Both the position numbers and the translations under genes were made by a program. Below, piece after piece: positions 33,835 to 43,921 of a stretch of DNA of 46,045 nucleotides. The notes beneath the pieces were generated by a model. That model did not search any database. It saw nothing but the letters and a program-made list of their open reading frames with translations, and was not told the DNA's origin. The stretch is from a virus (lineage: Duplodnaviria; Caudoviricetes): the IMG/VR virus record IMGVR_UViG_3300037467_000747, positions 1 to 46,045 of that record; one strand, 5' to 3'. Numbering within the stretch: position 1 is the first letter of the stretch; every line of letters starts with the position of its first letter.

Positions 33835-34428
33835 TCAGGCCCCGAGTCGCGTGGCGCCGGCCGACCACACGGAGAACACGGCACCCGCAGGCGGGACCTC
33901 GAAGTTGAAGGTGCACGGGATGCCCGCGAACGCAGGGGCCTTCTGGAACTCCATCGCCACCTCGCCACCCTGGATGGTCTGACGCATCACGATCCGGGTG
34001 GTGTTGTCGCTGGATTCCCACCCGATCATCACGCGGATCTCAGCTCCAGGGGCCACCGGCTCGAACAGGCCCAGTGCTGTAGCGCCGGTACCGGAGACCG
34101 GGGTGATCGCACCGACGCCGCCGTTCATGGCGCGCTTCAGGTTGTGCAGCGTGTAGTTCGCGAGTGCAAAAGCGATGTTCCCGGAACGCTCCGTGGTGGC
34201 GTACTTGATCGGGTCGAAGAACTCAGCGACCGACATGGCCTCCACGGTCGACGAGTAGGAGAACGTCGAACCCTCCTTCGTGGCCCCGAGGGAGATCCAC
34301 GCGGCTGGCCATGCGTCCGTGAAGACGGAGCCCGCGACAGTGTTCGTCGGGACAGTGGACAGCAGCGGGGCGATGTACAGGTAGCCCGGGTCAGTGAGTA
34401 GGGCGGGTACAGCAGTTGCGCCTGGCAC
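33835..34428 (-). CDS. Major tail protein
   Basis: G.LYIAPL....P......W..LGAT.EG.TFSY motif; AGGAGG SD; synteny. Confidence 0.85.
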   Translation of the reverse strand: MPGATAVPALLTDPGYLYIAPLLSTVPTNTVAGSVFTDAWPAAWISLGATKEGSTFSYSSTVEAMSVAEFFDPIKYATTERSGNIAFALANYTLHNLKRAMNGGVGAITPVSGTGATALGLFEPVAPGAEIRVMIGWESSDNTTRIVMRQTIQGGEVAMEFQKAPAFAGIPCTFNFEVPPAGAVFSVWSAGATRLGA

Positions 34429-34471
34429 GTTACGGCCCTCCTAAGGGCGTCGTGGGTTGGGAGAGCCGCAT

Positions 34472-34786
34472 CTAGCGGCGGTTGTTGATCTCGTCCGCAG
34501 CGGGACGAAGGTGAGGTCTGGCCGGAGTGTCTTCGGTCCCAAGTTCGACTAGAGCGCCATAGAACGCGGTCCGCTTGTCCCAGCCGACGTGGTACTCGAC
34601 CATCCCGGTCTCGCGGTCGTACACGTTCTCGACCCGGATCCCACGCCTCAAAGCACCGGTTTCTTTCGGGGCTTTCTGGCGGGCGATCTTACGGATCTCA
34701 GCAGCGACAGCGCGGACCTGCTTCTTCACCGAAGGCGCCTGCGTTACCGCAGCCAGCACCTCGGGTCGAAGCGGGCCGACACGCAT
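34472..34786 (-). CDS. HK97 gp10-like neck protein
   Basis: APKETGALRRGI...Y...VELGT...PARPHLRPA. Confidence 0.85.
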   Translation of the reverse strand: MRVGPLRPEVLAAVTQAPSVKKQVRAVAAEIRKIARQKAPKETGALRRGIRVENVYDRETGMVEYHVGWDKRTAFYGALVELGTEDTPARPHLRPAADEINNRR

Positions 34787-35067
34787 CAGGACACCGGCCG
34801 ACCGAGGGACTCCATCAGGTCCTTGTGGGCCTTCGTCCCGACCTTCACCGCGAGACCCTGGTCGACGTAGCCGAGGCGCTCGCAGTTCTCGACTGGGATC
34901 GCGTCGCCCGGGTTGTAGGCGAGGGCGGTGCCGTGGAAGATCTGCACGGCGGCGACGTACATGCCATACTCCTTCTGCTGCAGCGCGATCTGGTCGGCGA
35001 GTTCCGCAGCGACGGGCGAGACAGCCTCCGCGACCGTCGGCGTTTCCGGCTTGCTGTTGTCAGCCAC
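34786..35067 (-). CDS. Hypothetical virion-region protein
   Basis: AAGGAG SD; AYNPGDAIP motif. Confidence 0.65.
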   Translation of the reverse strand: MADNSKPETPTVAEAVSPVAAELADQIALQQKEYGMYVAAVQIFHGTALAYNPGDAIPVENCERLGYVDQGLAVKVGTKAHKDLMESLGRPVS

Positions 35068-35082
35068 GATGAGGCTCCTTCA

Positions 35083-35499
35083 CTAGTTCAAATCGATGAG
35101 CAGGTCGACGATGGTCCGCGCCCGCCCCGTGGTGGAATCAGGACTGGGGATCGCTTGGCCGGCGACAGAGTTGCTGATCGCCGCTGAACCCCACGTGCCG
35201 ACGAGACTGCGGGCGACAGACCGGAGGACGGCGGCGATTGCTTCGGTATCGAGGACATCCTGGTTTTCCTTGCCCTTGCCCCAGATGTCCGCCTGCACGC
35301 GGGCAGTGAGGGTCTCTGGGCGGAGTTCGTCGGCATCCACGATGGACAGGACGATCAGCGGGTACGTCGGCTCTACGCCGCCCACAGGCGCGGGAATCGC
35401 GTAGTAGATCCGCTGGTCCACGAGAGCAGTGAGCGCGGTCTGCGCGAGGAGGCCCGTACGGGCCGCGACCTTCGGGTTCGGCAGGACAGGTGTTGGCAT
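35083..35499 (-). CDS. Tail terminator-like protein (DUF3168-like)
   Basis: LTALVDQRIY...YPLIV...VQADIWG; synteny. Confidence 0.75.
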   Translation of the reverse strand: MPTPVLPNPKVAARTGLLAQTALTALVDQRIYYAIPAPVGGVEPTYPLIVLSIVDADELRPETLTARVQADIWGKGKENQDVLDTEAIAAVLRSVARSLVGTWGSAAISNSVAGQAIPSPDSTTGRARTIVDLLIDLN

Positions 35500-35502
35500 C
35501 TG

Positions 35503-35847
35503 CTACCCCCCGGTCACCCTGAAGACCAACACCTCGAGGTGATGGTTGCGTCCGCCCTTGCGCCACAGTTCCGGTTCACCATCGACCTGGTAGTCGACAC
35601 CGAGGAACCGGATCCGGTCCGTCGCGAGGACATCGGCAGTGTCGGGGAGGAACACCTTGTGGGTGGATTCGGTGCGCTGCTGCGCCACCACATCCTCAGT
35701 CGAACCCAGCGGCTGGAACTCAGCCGGATAGTCGACCTTCAGCAACTGGCCTTCGGTGACGTTCGACCAATCCCCTGGGATGGTCGCCCCGTCTGGGCCT
35801 GTGGTGTTGGGTGCGCGCAATCTCGTGACCGTGTCGCGGAATCGCAT
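35503..35847 (-). CDS. Head-to-tail stopper/closure protein
   Basis: DTVTRLR...DW...ADVLATDRIRF.G..YQVDGEP..W...H.EV. Confidence 0.8.
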   Translation of the reverse strand: MRFRDTVTRLRAPNTTGPDGATIPGDWSNVTEGQLLKVDYPAEFQPLGSTEDVVAQQRTESTHKVFLPDTADVLATDRIRFLGVDYQVDGEPELWRKGGRNHHLEVLVFRVTGG

Positions 35848-36239
35848 TACGCGTTGCCGGCTGTGATGGTGAAACTGGTGATCGCCACACTCCCACCGGC
35901 GGTGATGGAGGTGGAGTTCAGGTTGAGATCCGAACCCGACGTACCCACGTCGCCGTCGATCACTGCGGCGTTTGCGCTCGTCAGGACTCGAAACCACGAT
36001 GCGGTACCGGTGGCATCAGCAGACGCGTCCGAGGTGATCGCGTTGATCGTGAGCACACCACCAGACGCAGCCGGGGCGAACGTGGCGCTGCAGGGAAGTT
36101 CAGCCAGCAGCGTGGTCGCCGTGCCGCCTGTGGCGGGCCGGGTGCCGCTGTAGATGCGGATCTTCCCCGAAGTCCCCACAGCGGTGGTGATCGCGTCCAG
36201 CTGCGCGTTCCGCAGCGAAGCAACGTATCCGAGAGCCAT
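35847..36239 (-). CDS. Virion structural protein (neck insert)
   Basis: RNA.LDA......IYSGTRP...LLAEL...ATGTASWFR...DGDVG..GSDL pattern. Confidence 0.7.
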   Translation of the reverse strand: MALGYVASLRNAQLDAITTAVGTSGKIRIYSGTRPATGGTATTLLAELPCSATFAPAASGGVLTINAITSDASADATGTASWFRVLTSANAAVIDGDVGTSGSDLNLNSTSITAGGSVAITSFTITAGNA

Positions 36240-36253
36240 TGGTTCACTCCTTG

Positions 36254-37669
36254 TTACGGTCGCGGCGTGACGCCACTGAAGGGGCGGCTGGTGGCACCGC
36301 TGCTGGGACGGGAAGTTGTACCTGTGTTCGGTCTGATGACGGTCGCGCCGAGAGCGGACCCCGAAGCGTTCGCGGTCTGGTTCGCCTGGGTTCTGGCGAG
36401 AGTTCCCGTGATCGGGATGAAAACGACGCCCTGAATAGTGGCGGTGCTAGATGCCTGGCTTACCGCGAGCGTCCCGGTATAGCGGAGGACGCCTGACGCT
36501 GCCGCAGTCTGGCTGACCTGCGTCGGGGATGCGGTACCAGTGACCGGGTTGACCACTGTCCCCGATGCAGTGGACGTGTTGTTCGCCTGGGTCGGTGTCG
36601 CGGTTGCGCTATAACCGAGTTTGCCGGTGGCGGCGCTGGTCTGGTTGGCCTGCGTGACCGCGGCGCTTCCGGAGAACGAGCCGCCGGCAGTGTAGGTGCC
36701 GGATGCCGAAGATGTCTGGTTCGCCTGCGTCGCTGCGGCAGTGCCCGAATAGCCTAGTTGTCCAGATGCTGCCGAGGTCTGGTTCGCCTGTGTTCGGGCG
36801 GATGTTCCGCTGTAGCCCAGCTGCCCACTGGCGATCGAGGTGTTGCCGGCTTGCGTGACCGCCACTGTCCCGGTCACCGGGTTGATGACGGTCCCAGAAG
36901 CCGAGGATGTGTTCGCTGCCTGCGTGGGTGACGCAGTGCCGCTGTACCCCAATTGGCCGGATGCTGCGGATACATCGCCGGCTTGAGTGACGGCCGCCGT
37001 GCCGGTGATTCCACTGGCCGCAGTGGGCAGGGTCAGCCTTGGCGACGAGAGCCGCCAAGGGATCGGCGGCCCATCCTCAGTGGTTGCCCCAGTGCCACCA
37101 GACAGGGTGCGGGCGTTACCTGAGTAGTCGGCGGTCTCGGCCTTCACCAGCGGGTGGAAGCTAACGAGGCTCGCGATCTTGTTCACCGCGTACTGCTGCG
37201 CCTCCAGATCAATCTCGGCGGCGGTGAGTTGCGCGTTCCAGACCTTCACCGCGGCGAGGCACCCGTTCAGCCATTCACCCCAGGGGCTGTCGCCGAGTCG
37301 CAGGGTAGCCGCGCTGGTTGCGGTGACTCCGGTGATCGCAGTGGTGCTGAGCGTCGACGAACCCGCAGCCTTGTAGTACAGGGTTCCAGTGGTGCCGCTG
37401 GTCGCGAGACCGATGAAATACCAGGTACCGACAGTCATCGCTACCGAGGCGGTGCTGTTGCCGTCCATGACCGCATTGGCGGTGGTGCCGTCCGCGCCCG
37501 TCTGGACGCCCCAGTTGTCGGCCTGCCCGTTGTCGATGAACAGCGCAGACGACCAGGTGTTGAGATCGACGCTGATCTTCCACCAGAAACACGCAGTGAG
37601 CGCGGTTTGGCTTCCTAGTGACAGCGCCCGCGAGTAGACCTGTCCCGAGCCTGCTATGCGGGCGGCCAC
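36254..37669 (-). CDS. LamG/ConA-like domain + tandem repeat fibre protein
   Basis: GTWYFIG...LRLG...LNG.LAAVKVWN..LTAAEI LamG motif; about 21-aa GT...TQA..TS.ASG repeats. Confidence 0.75.
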   Translation of the reverse strand: MAARIAGSGQVYSRALSLGSQTALTACFWWKISVDLNTWSSALFIDNGQADNWGVQTGADGTTANAVMDGNSTASVAMTVGTWYFIGLATSGTTGTLYYKAAGSSTLSTTAITGVTATSAATLRLGDSPWGEWLNGCLAAVKVWNAQLTAAEIDLEAQQYAVNKIASLVSFHPLVKAETADYSGNARTLSGGTGATTEDGPPIPWRLSSPRLTLPTAASGITGTAAVTQAGDVSAASGQLGYSGTASPTQAANTSSASGTVINPVTGTVAVTQAGNTSIASGQLGYSGTSARTQANQTSAASGQLGYSGTAAATQANQTSSASGTYTAGGSFSGSAAVTQANQTSAATGKLGYSATATPTQANNTSTASGTVVNPVTGTASPTQVSQTAAASGVLRYTGTLAVSQASSTATIQGVVFIPITGTLARTQANQTANASGSALGATVIRPNTGTTSRPSSGATSRPFSGVTPRP

Positions 37670-37673
37670 CGGC

Positions 37674-37937
37674 TCACACCTTCAGCAGCAAGAATTGCCA
37701 GCGGAATCCCAAGTCAGATCCGGTCGGGTTGTCCACGACGCCCCGGAAGAGATTCTCCGAGGTGATCATGGCCATCGACACCTGCAGTTCAGGGTCCATG
37801 CTGGAGAACCCCCAGCTGATCAGCTGGTATCCATCCGGGGCCACGAAGGTGAAGTCGTCCTGGCTGTTCGCTAGGACGCCCCGAGGAGCGTCCTGCTGCA
37901 GGAATTCCAACTGGAAAGGGAGAACGACGTTGGGCAT
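37674..37937 (-). CDS. Hypothetical protein (neck insert)
   Basis: AAGGAG SD. Confidence 0.65.
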   Translation of the reverse strand: MPNVVLPFQLEFLQQDAPRGVLANSQDDFTFVAPDGYQLISWGFSSMDPELQVSMAMITSENLFRGVVDNPTGSDLGFRWQFLLLKV

Positions 37938-37950
37938 GTTCTGCTGCTCC

Positions 37951-38451
37951 TTAGGTGCTCAGGTAGGAGACCATCGCCCCGACGAGAAGGGCGTCACCTG
38001 TCATCGTGTCGGCCGCGTTGTTCGCGTCCCGGGCGATCCGGACCCACACCGCGTCATCTGCGGCGAGCGAATCCAGGTTCGACACCGTCACGTCGATCCG
38101 GTGCAGCCGCTGACCCGTTGTCCCGAGGTGCGTGTCGGTGGCGGAGTTCGCGGTCGCCAACGCCTTCGTCTCGACATCCTGCGTATCCGAGTTCGGGGTG
38201 ATCGCCGCCAGTTGTACCTCCCACACCACGTCACCCGAGGTGGCGGTGTCGGCATACCAGTCGACAGAGACCGTGACGTTCCCCGATGCGTAGTTGACGG
38301 CACGGAACTCCCAGAACGCCGCCTCATCAGACGCAGCGTCGTACGCCAAGCTGATGACGGGGATGTTGGTGCCGAGCTTCTGTAGTGCCGGGAATGCGGT
38401 GGACAGGAACTGCGCCGCCCCCGGGTCGAGTTGCAGGTTGACGTTCGCCAT
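37951..38451 (-). CDS. Beta-sandwich structural protein (neck insert)
   Basis: SGDVVWEV...VRIARDA...DT.TGDA.L pattern. Confidence 0.7.
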   Translation of the reverse strand: MANVNLQLDPGAAQFLSTAFPALQKLGTNIPVISLAYDAASDEAAFWEFRAVNYASGNVTVSVDWYADTATSGDVVWEVQLAAITPNSDTQDVETKALATANSATDTHLGTTGQRLHRIDVTVSNLDSLAADDAVWVRIARDANNAADTMTGDALLVGAMVSYLST

Positions 38452-38750
38452 CAGCCGTCCTCCTCAACCCGAAGCTTGCCGGCGCGGCGCTGCGCGACCC
38501 AGCACAGCAGGTCCGTCTTCTGCTGCGCCGATGCGGCGCCACGGAACGGCTGCGGCAGCGCCGTGTTGTACGACGAAGCGTTCGCTTCGATCCATGCGTC
38601 AGTGGCATCGACAGCCGCTCTGAGATCGGCCTTGGTGTAGTTGGATCCATCGGTGTTACGCCGCATGAACCAAGCCCAGATACGGATCCGGTCCAGGTCG
38701 GGCAGGACGGCCACGTTGTACTCCCCGGGGTTGAGCAGGGTGAGAAGCAT
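38451..38750 (-). CDS. Hypothetical protein (neck insert); alternative start GTG 38714
   Basis: TKADLRAAVDATDAWI..N..SYN.ALP. Confidence 0.65.
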   Translation of the reverse strand: MLLTLLNPGEYNVAVLPDLDRIRIWAWFMRRNTDGSNYTKADLRAAVDATDAWIEANASSYNTALPQPFRGAASAQQKTDLLCWVAQRRAGKLRVEEDG

Positions 38751-38752
38751 GA

Positions 38753-39373
38753 TCACTCGATCGAGAACAGGCCGAGCACGGACCACGAATATGAGCCGCC
38801 TGTGACGTTCTGCACCACCAGGCCCTCACCCTCACGGATCACGTAGTCCGACACCACGTCACCGTCGTTCGGGAGGATGTTGAAGAACGGCACCATCCCC
38901 ACACCGGGCAGGGTTTCCTCCACCGAGACGGGGAGTTCGAAGTATGTGAACGCCTGTGTCCCGCCGACGGTGTAGGAGCGGGCCGCGGTGATCTGAGCCG
39001 GCGCGTTCGCGGCGGCGGAGTCGTGCTTCTGGATCGTGATCGCAGTGTTCCCCGTCGTCCCCACCGCAGAGGTCTTCGCCACCCGCCACGTCTGCGCCGT
39101 GAGAGCGTTGACCGCCTGTGAGGGTTGGAGGAACACCTTCCGGAACTTCACGACCTTGCCCGAGCCGGCCGCGTTGAACACATGCAGGTACGGCAGGTTC
39201 GCCGCAGCAGTTACAACACCGGACCACGCCGAATAGGTGGGGATGTCGCCGATCAGAGAGCCGAGCGGGTTCGCGAGCATCACCACCTGGTGCTCTTTGC
39301 TGTTCACGGTCTGCGTGGCGACCGCCGCACCCACGCCGGGGGTGATCGGGACAGAGTTGTTCGCTGAAGCCAT
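38753..39373 (-). CDS. Hypothetical structural protein (neck insert)
   Basis: 206-aa beta-rich ORF. Confidence 0.7.
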   Translation of the reverse strand: MASANNSVPITPGVGAAVATQTVNSKEHQVVMLANPLGSLIGDIPTYSAWSGVVTAAANLPYLHVFNAAGSGKVVKFRKVFLQPSQAVNALTAQTWRVAKTSAVGTTGNTAITIQKHDSAAANAPAQITAARSYTVGGTQAFTYFELPVSVEETLPGVGMVPFFNILPNDGDVVSDYVIREGEGLVVQNVTGGSYSWSVLGLFSIE

Positions 39374-39411
39374 GACCGCGCTTTCTAGTCAGTCCCCAGG
39401 AACGAACAAGA

Positions 39412-39957
39412 TCAAGCAACGACGGCGAGACGGTACGGCCCGAGATCCGTCAGTTCGGTGTCGTAGAAGAACCCCACTGCGCCGGATGCCGGGATGGCGA
39501 ACGACTCACTGACCCCGCCGACGGTGTAGGAGCGGCGCGCTTCCGGGTTCTGGTATCTGCGGCCGGCCGCGGCGAGGCACACGCCCTTCACCGAGTCCGG
39601 TGCAGTTGCGTAGCCGTGGGTGTAGGTGACCACGACGGATCGCGGCTTCCATGTCCAGGCGCGACCGACCCGGATCAGCTTCCCGTAGGAGGTCCAGTCG
39701 AACTGGGTTCCCACGGTCAATGTGGTCCCGTCCTCAACGACGGAAGACACCGCGGTGACCAGCATCGACGGGAGCCACAGTGAACCCTCGCAGTTCCCGT
39801 CCAGAGTGATGACGGCACCTGTCTGCTGGGTGATCTCCCAGCCGCAATGGTCACGGATCGCCTTGGATGCCACATCCAGCGCCTGGGTGGCGGAGTAGGT
39901 GTCGAGATCCTGTTGCAGGAACCCGGCGAGTTCGGTGGGGGTTGCGAACGCGGCCAC
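39412..39957 (-). CDS. Head-to-tail adaptor
   Basis: FAT..EL.........ALD.AS..IR.HCGW...VVVTYTHGY..AP..V...Y.NP. Confidence 0.85.
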   Translation of the reverse strand: MAAFATPTELAGFLQQDLDTYSATQALDVASKAIRDHCGWEITQQTGAVITLDGNCEGSLWLPSMLVTAVSSVVEDGTTLTVGTQFDWTSYGKLIRVGRAWTWKPRSVVVTYTHGYATAPDSVKGVCLAAAGRRYQNPEARRSYTVGGVSESFAIPASGAVGFFYDTELTDLGPYRLAVVA

Positions 39958-39987
39958 TACTCACCCGCCTTGAATCTGTGGTCGGAC

Positions 39988-40020
39988 CCGTGGGGCAGCC
40001 GGGAAGAGACTGCCCCACGG
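39988..40020 (-). terminator. 11-bp GC hairpin after the capsid operon segment
   Basis: ccgtggggcag...ctgccccacgg; no U-tract. Confidence 0.45.
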
Positions 40021-40028
40021 TTGATCTG

Positions 40029-40346
40029 TCAGTTGCGGCCGACCTTGTCCTTGTCGACGTCTTCCGGCTTCACGCCCACTGGGGTGATCTGCCAGCCGCC
40101 GTTGACGTAGTGCAGGTCCACGGTGTGCTCCGGGCCCACGGTCGGAGGAGGCGACAGTTCACCACGGGCGATCTTCGCGAGCCAGTCGTCGTCAAGGTCG
40201 TACTTCTTGACGAACTCCCGAGTGAGGTTCGGGGCCGCCTTCTGTGCCTCAGCGAACAGGTCAGCGGGCTCGTCGGCCGGCTGCTTCGCGGCCTCGACCA
40301 CTGGCTCATCCGCCGGCGTCTCATCGGTCTTCTTCGCTGCTGCCAT
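40029..40346 (-). CDS. Hypothetical protein after major capsid
   Basis: GAGGAG SD; acidic N-terminus. Confidence 0.7.
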   Translation of the reverse strand: MAAAKKTDETPADEPVVEAAKQPADEPADLFAEAQKAAPNLTREFVKKYDLDDDWLAKIARGELSPPPTVGPEHTVDLHYVNGGWQITPVGVKPEDVDKDKVGRN

Positions 40347-40360
40347 CGGAGGAACTCCTC

Positions 40361-41767
40361 TCAGGTCAGGGTCGCGAACACACGGACCGCGGTGGCCGTG
40401 GACACGTCAGCGCCGGTCCGCCAGAACGCGTACCACGCGCCCTGACCGGTCGGGCGCCGGTTCGCGCCGAGCACGACCGGGTCGTAAACCAGGCTCATGC
40501 CGACACGGTCGACGATGTAGTACTGGGTCGCATCCAGGTACGCGAGCACCTTGTTGCCGGTGGTGAACGTGCCGAGGATCGACGTCGACTCCAGGAACGG
40601 CTTGCCGAGCATCGTCGGCACCGGACCCGAGTCGTTGACGATCGACGTGGTCGAACCGGTGAACGACGGCACGTTCCGAAGAGCGTTGATCGTGTTCAGG
40701 TTCGCCAGCCACACGTTCTTCGCCCGCGGCCCACGGAACCGCGCCGGCAGCGCGGCCTGCAGAGCGTAGACATCCTGGGCGGCAGGACCAGCGGCGGCAG
40801 TGCCCGCACGGTTCTGCGAAGTGCCGGCCGGGATGACGCCCTTCGGCTGCCCAGTGCCGGTGCCGACGGCGAACGCGGTCTCTTCGATCCGGTCCTTCGC
40901 GTCAGCGAGCAGGTCGGGGAGCTGCTGGGAGAAGTCCGAATCGGACAGCACCTCGAACGAACCGAACAGATACGCGTCCGCCTTCTGCGGGGTGATCTTC
41001 AGCGGGCCGACGGTCGGGGTCGCGTCCGCGGCCTCAGCACCTTCAGCGGTCCACTCAGCAGTCACACCGGCCGACGTGACACCGTTCCAGTCGTTCGTCG
41101 TGGTGGTCTTGACGTTCGCGACCTGCCGGTACGGGTTCGCCGAACCCGCGTTGGTCAGGATGATCGTCGGGTCCAGCGTGAACGGCACCAGGTAGCCACC
41201 GTTCGCCGGGGTCAGCGACAGCGCGGCACGAGTCGAGAAGCCGCCCGGGTCGGACAGGTACTGCTCGAACGCAGCCAGGTACTCCGGCGAACCGGTCACG
41301 AGGATCTGCTCGGCGATCGCCTTACCGAAGTTCTTGCCGCGCTTGTAGATCAGCTCGGTCACGTTCTCGGCGGCGTCCGCGTTCAGGGCCCAGTGGTCAT
41401 CACGGTTGGCATACGCCTCGACCGCGCCGGCCGCGCGGGCACGGACCTCGTTGACCGGCATCATGTGCTGCCGCACCTGGTCGAGATCGGCAAACGGGTC
41501 CTTGGTGGACCGGCGGACCACGAGGTCAGGGGTCTCGGTGATCGGCTCCACGCGGGCAGCTTCCTGCTCGGCGCGGGCCCGGACGGCCGCGACCTTCTGC
41601 TCCCGCTCGGCGAGCGGCGCCAGCTCGGTCGCGAGCTCGTCGTGCTCCTCGAGGAGGGCGTCCAGTCGGACGTGGTCCTCTTCGGTGGCGTCCTCGATCT
41701 GCTCGAGGCTGTCGATGTCGGACCGGATCTGCGTCATCCGGGTCCGGATTTCCTCTGCACGCTTCAC
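40361..41767 (-). CDS. Major capsid protein (HK97 fold, with delta domain)
   Basis: Coiled-coil N-terminus; GGYLVP, AEWTAEG, GTG..QPKG, LGKP, YYIVDR motifs. Confidence 0.95.
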   Translation of the reverse strand: MKRAEEIRTRMTQIRSDIDSLEQIEDATEEDHVRLDALLEEHDELATELAPLAEREQKVAAVRARAEQEAARVEPITETPDLVVRRSTKDPFADLDQVRQHMMPVNEVRARAAGAVEAYANRDDHWALNADAAENVTELIYKRGKNFGKAIAEQILVTGSPEYLAAFEQYLSDPGGFSTRAALSLTPANGGYLVPFTLDPTIILTNAGSANPYRQVANVKTTTTNDWNGVTSAGVTAEWTAEGAEAADATPTVGPLKITPQKADAYLFGSFEVLSDSDFSQQLPDLLADAKDRIEETAFAVGTGTGQPKGVIPAGTSQNRAGTAAAGPAAQDVYALQAALPARFRGPRAKNVWLANLNTINALRNVPSFTGSTTSIVNDSGPVPTMLGKPFLESTSILGTFTTGNKVLAYLDATQYYIVDRVGMSLVYDPVVLGANRRPTGQGAWYAFWRTGADVSTATAVRVFATLT

Positions 41768-41771
41768 GTGC

Positions 41772-42569
41772 CTACTCCCATTCTCGGGCGATACGCGCCG
41801 CGCGGATGCGCGTGCGCAGGGGGATCGACCGAGCGGAGTGCCGAGCAAGCTCAGGCGGGTCTTCGGTCTGTTCGGCGGGTCCATCAGGAGTGCCGAGGGT
41901 GAGGGCTCCCGGGTCCAGAAGTGGAGTGGTGAGTCCCTCGAATTGTTGCAGCCAATCGAGCCGCTTGTCGGGCGGCGTTTCCAACAGGGTACGGATGAAC
42001 TGCTCCGCACGGGTGCCCAGGATCGCGGCATCCTTGTACGCGGCGAACACAGCTGGGCCGTACTCGCGCATGTCGATCTCGTTGCGGGTGATCAACGGCA
42101 GTCGGCCCTGGCCCCTGCCTTCGGGGTGGGAACGGACCGACTTCGTGAACCGCCCCGAGAATGACTGCGCCTTGATCGCGCCGGCCTTGATCGCGTCCAG
42201 CACCTGATCAGCCAACGGATTGTCCAGGTATCTGGTGGCGGTAAAAACACCGCGTTCGTCAGCACGCACCTCGAGCGGTACGCCGATCGGCATCGTCGCC
42301 AGCGGGTTCGGTTCCCCGTCGACCGTGCGCGCATGGTTGAACAGGACACCGAAGTTGGTGCCCTTGTGTTGAATCGTCCGCTCGAACGAGGACGGAGAAA
42401 GCACCTCGTTGTAGTGGCCGTCCTGGTCCATGATCTCAGTACGGACATTGAAGGCCGCAGCGTATGCCTCCACAATCCGCCCCGAACCGTCGGACCGGAC
42501 ATGGAGGTCTTCGACCGTGAATGCACGGTCACATGTCCGCGTCGGTAGAAGTTCATCTGTGGATGTCAT
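41772..42569 (-). CDS. HK97-type prohead protease
   Basis: EAYAAAFN...E...P.SF....LFNH...SFSG...EYGPAVFAAY. Confidence 0.9.
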   Translation of the reverse strand: MTSTDELLPTRTCDRAFTVEDLHVRSDGSGRIVEAYAAAFNVRTEIMDQDGHYNEVLSPSSFERTIQHKGTNFGVLFNHARTVDGEPNPLATMPIGVPLEVRADERGVFTATRYLDNPLADQVLDAIKAGAIKAQSFSGRFTKSVRSHPEGRGQGRLPLITRNEIDMREYGPAVFAAYKDAAILGTRAEQFIRTLLETPPDKRLDWLQQFEGLTTPLLDPGALTLGTPDGPAEQTEDPPELARHSARSIPLRTRIRAARIAREWE

Positions 42570-42571
42570 GG

Positions 42572-43921
42572 TCACCCGCCTACCGGAGTCGCCGGTTTGG
42601 ATCCGTTGATGGCGGCCATCGCTCCAGCGGCGGCCTGCTGTCCTTGCACTGTCGGGATACCGGTGTGCACGAGGAGCGTCATGTCTTGCGCCGCGACCGC
42701 CGCCACCACGGACGCCGGCTCGAACTGTGCGTCGACCAACTGCCGAATGGCCTGCGCCTCGATGAATTGGATGTCGGCCGCGTCCTTGCGGTCTTCCTGC
42801 AGGAACGAGATGTCGCGATCGTCGTACCAGAGTTCCGAACCGTCGGGCGGCGGGATCACGATGTTCTGCAGGGACCCGGCAACATTGCGCCACAGCGGCC
42901 TCAGAGTCCGGTCCGCGACCAGACGGGCAGCGGAGTTGAAGTTGCCGGCGTTCAGCGACGAACCCGACATCCCTTCGGATAGTGCCGCGACCACAGGGTG
43001 CACACCGGACGCGGCGGCGATCCGGGTCTCACCCCCACCTTGGGTGGCCTTGAAGTCGAGTTGCTGCAGATCCTTGCCGACCATCGTGACATCGGCACCG
43101 CCGCCCAGATACAGCGTCTTGTAGGCGTTCTGCCAACCCTTGTGCGAGTCGTCCATCTTCGCGACGAACTGTCTCAGGTTCTCCGGCTTCACATCCGGAC
43201 CCATCGTCACAACCATCTGCGGGGTCGCGCCGTTCTCGAAGAACATCAGTTTGTGCATCGTCGCCGCGGAGTCCGCCTGAATCTCACGGATGACCGGCGT
43301 CAGCCACGACATCCCCCGGTACGTGGCGAGCGGGTCGACGATCGGCGTGAACTGCGCGAACTCATCCACCAGCAGCGGCACCGGGGTGTGGCCAGAATTC
43401 ACGCCACCCGGGTAGTACATGCACCCGAGTACCTCGGCGTCCATCGCCAGATTCGAGTAGTCCGGTTCATCCTCCGAACCGAGGACCAGGACAACCCAGT
43501 CCGGGCGCATCCGCATCAGCCGATCCTGCCGCTCGCTGCGCCGAGCGATATACCCGGACCCGCCGAAGTCAGCGTCGACCAGGATCCGCGTCAGCAGATC
43601 ACCGGTCACACCACCCGGCCAGGGCTTCTCGAGCACCGACAACTCCGGTGTCCCGAACAGATCACCGGGCCGGCCGTTGGTCATCTTGCGCCACTGGAAC
43701 CGGGCCTCGGAGAACAGTGCCATCCGGGTCATCTCACACGCGAAGATGATCGCGTTCGACTTGTAAGCGCCCTGCACCAGCCCGACGAAGTCGGAGGTGA
43801 TGCCTTCCTCGTTCGGGCGCCAATTGTTCACCGGCATCGACCAGAACTGGTTCACGTCATAGGAGTGGCCGACCTCGTACCGGTTCGCGCGGGAGGACTG
43901 GATCAGGTTCGTCACATCCAC
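42572..43921 (-). CDS. Portal protein (HK97-like)
   Basis: GMSWL.P, FFENGA.P, IAAA.GV motifs; synteny. Confidence 0.9.
   Translation of the reverse strand: MDVTNLIQSSRANRYEVGHSYDVNQFWSMPVNNWRPNEEGITSDFVGLVQGAYKSNAIIFACEMTRMALFSEARFQWRKMTNGRPGDLFGTPELSVLEKPWPGGVTGDLLTRILVDADFGGSGYIARRSERQDRLMRMRPDWVVLVLGSEDEPDYSNLAMDAEVLGCMYYPGGVNSGHTPVPLLVDEFAQFTPIVDPLATYRGMSWLTPVIREIQADSAATMHKLMFFENGATPQMVVTMGPDVKPENLRQFVAKMDDSHKGWQNAYKTLYLGGGADVTMVGKDLQQLDFKATQGGGETRIAAASGVHPVVAALSEGMSGSSLNAGNFNSAARLVADRTLRPLWRNVAGSLQNIVIPPPDGSELWYDDRDISFLQEDRKDAADIQFIEAQAIRQLVDAQFEPASVVAAVAAQDMTLLVHTGIPTVQGQQAAAGAMAAINGSKPATPVGG

Noticed and set aside
36370-37010. Repeats in the LamG fibre gene as DGR template/variable repeats
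   Set aside because: Degenerate protein-level repeats, no adenine-specific mismatch pair, and no reverse transcriptase in the genome
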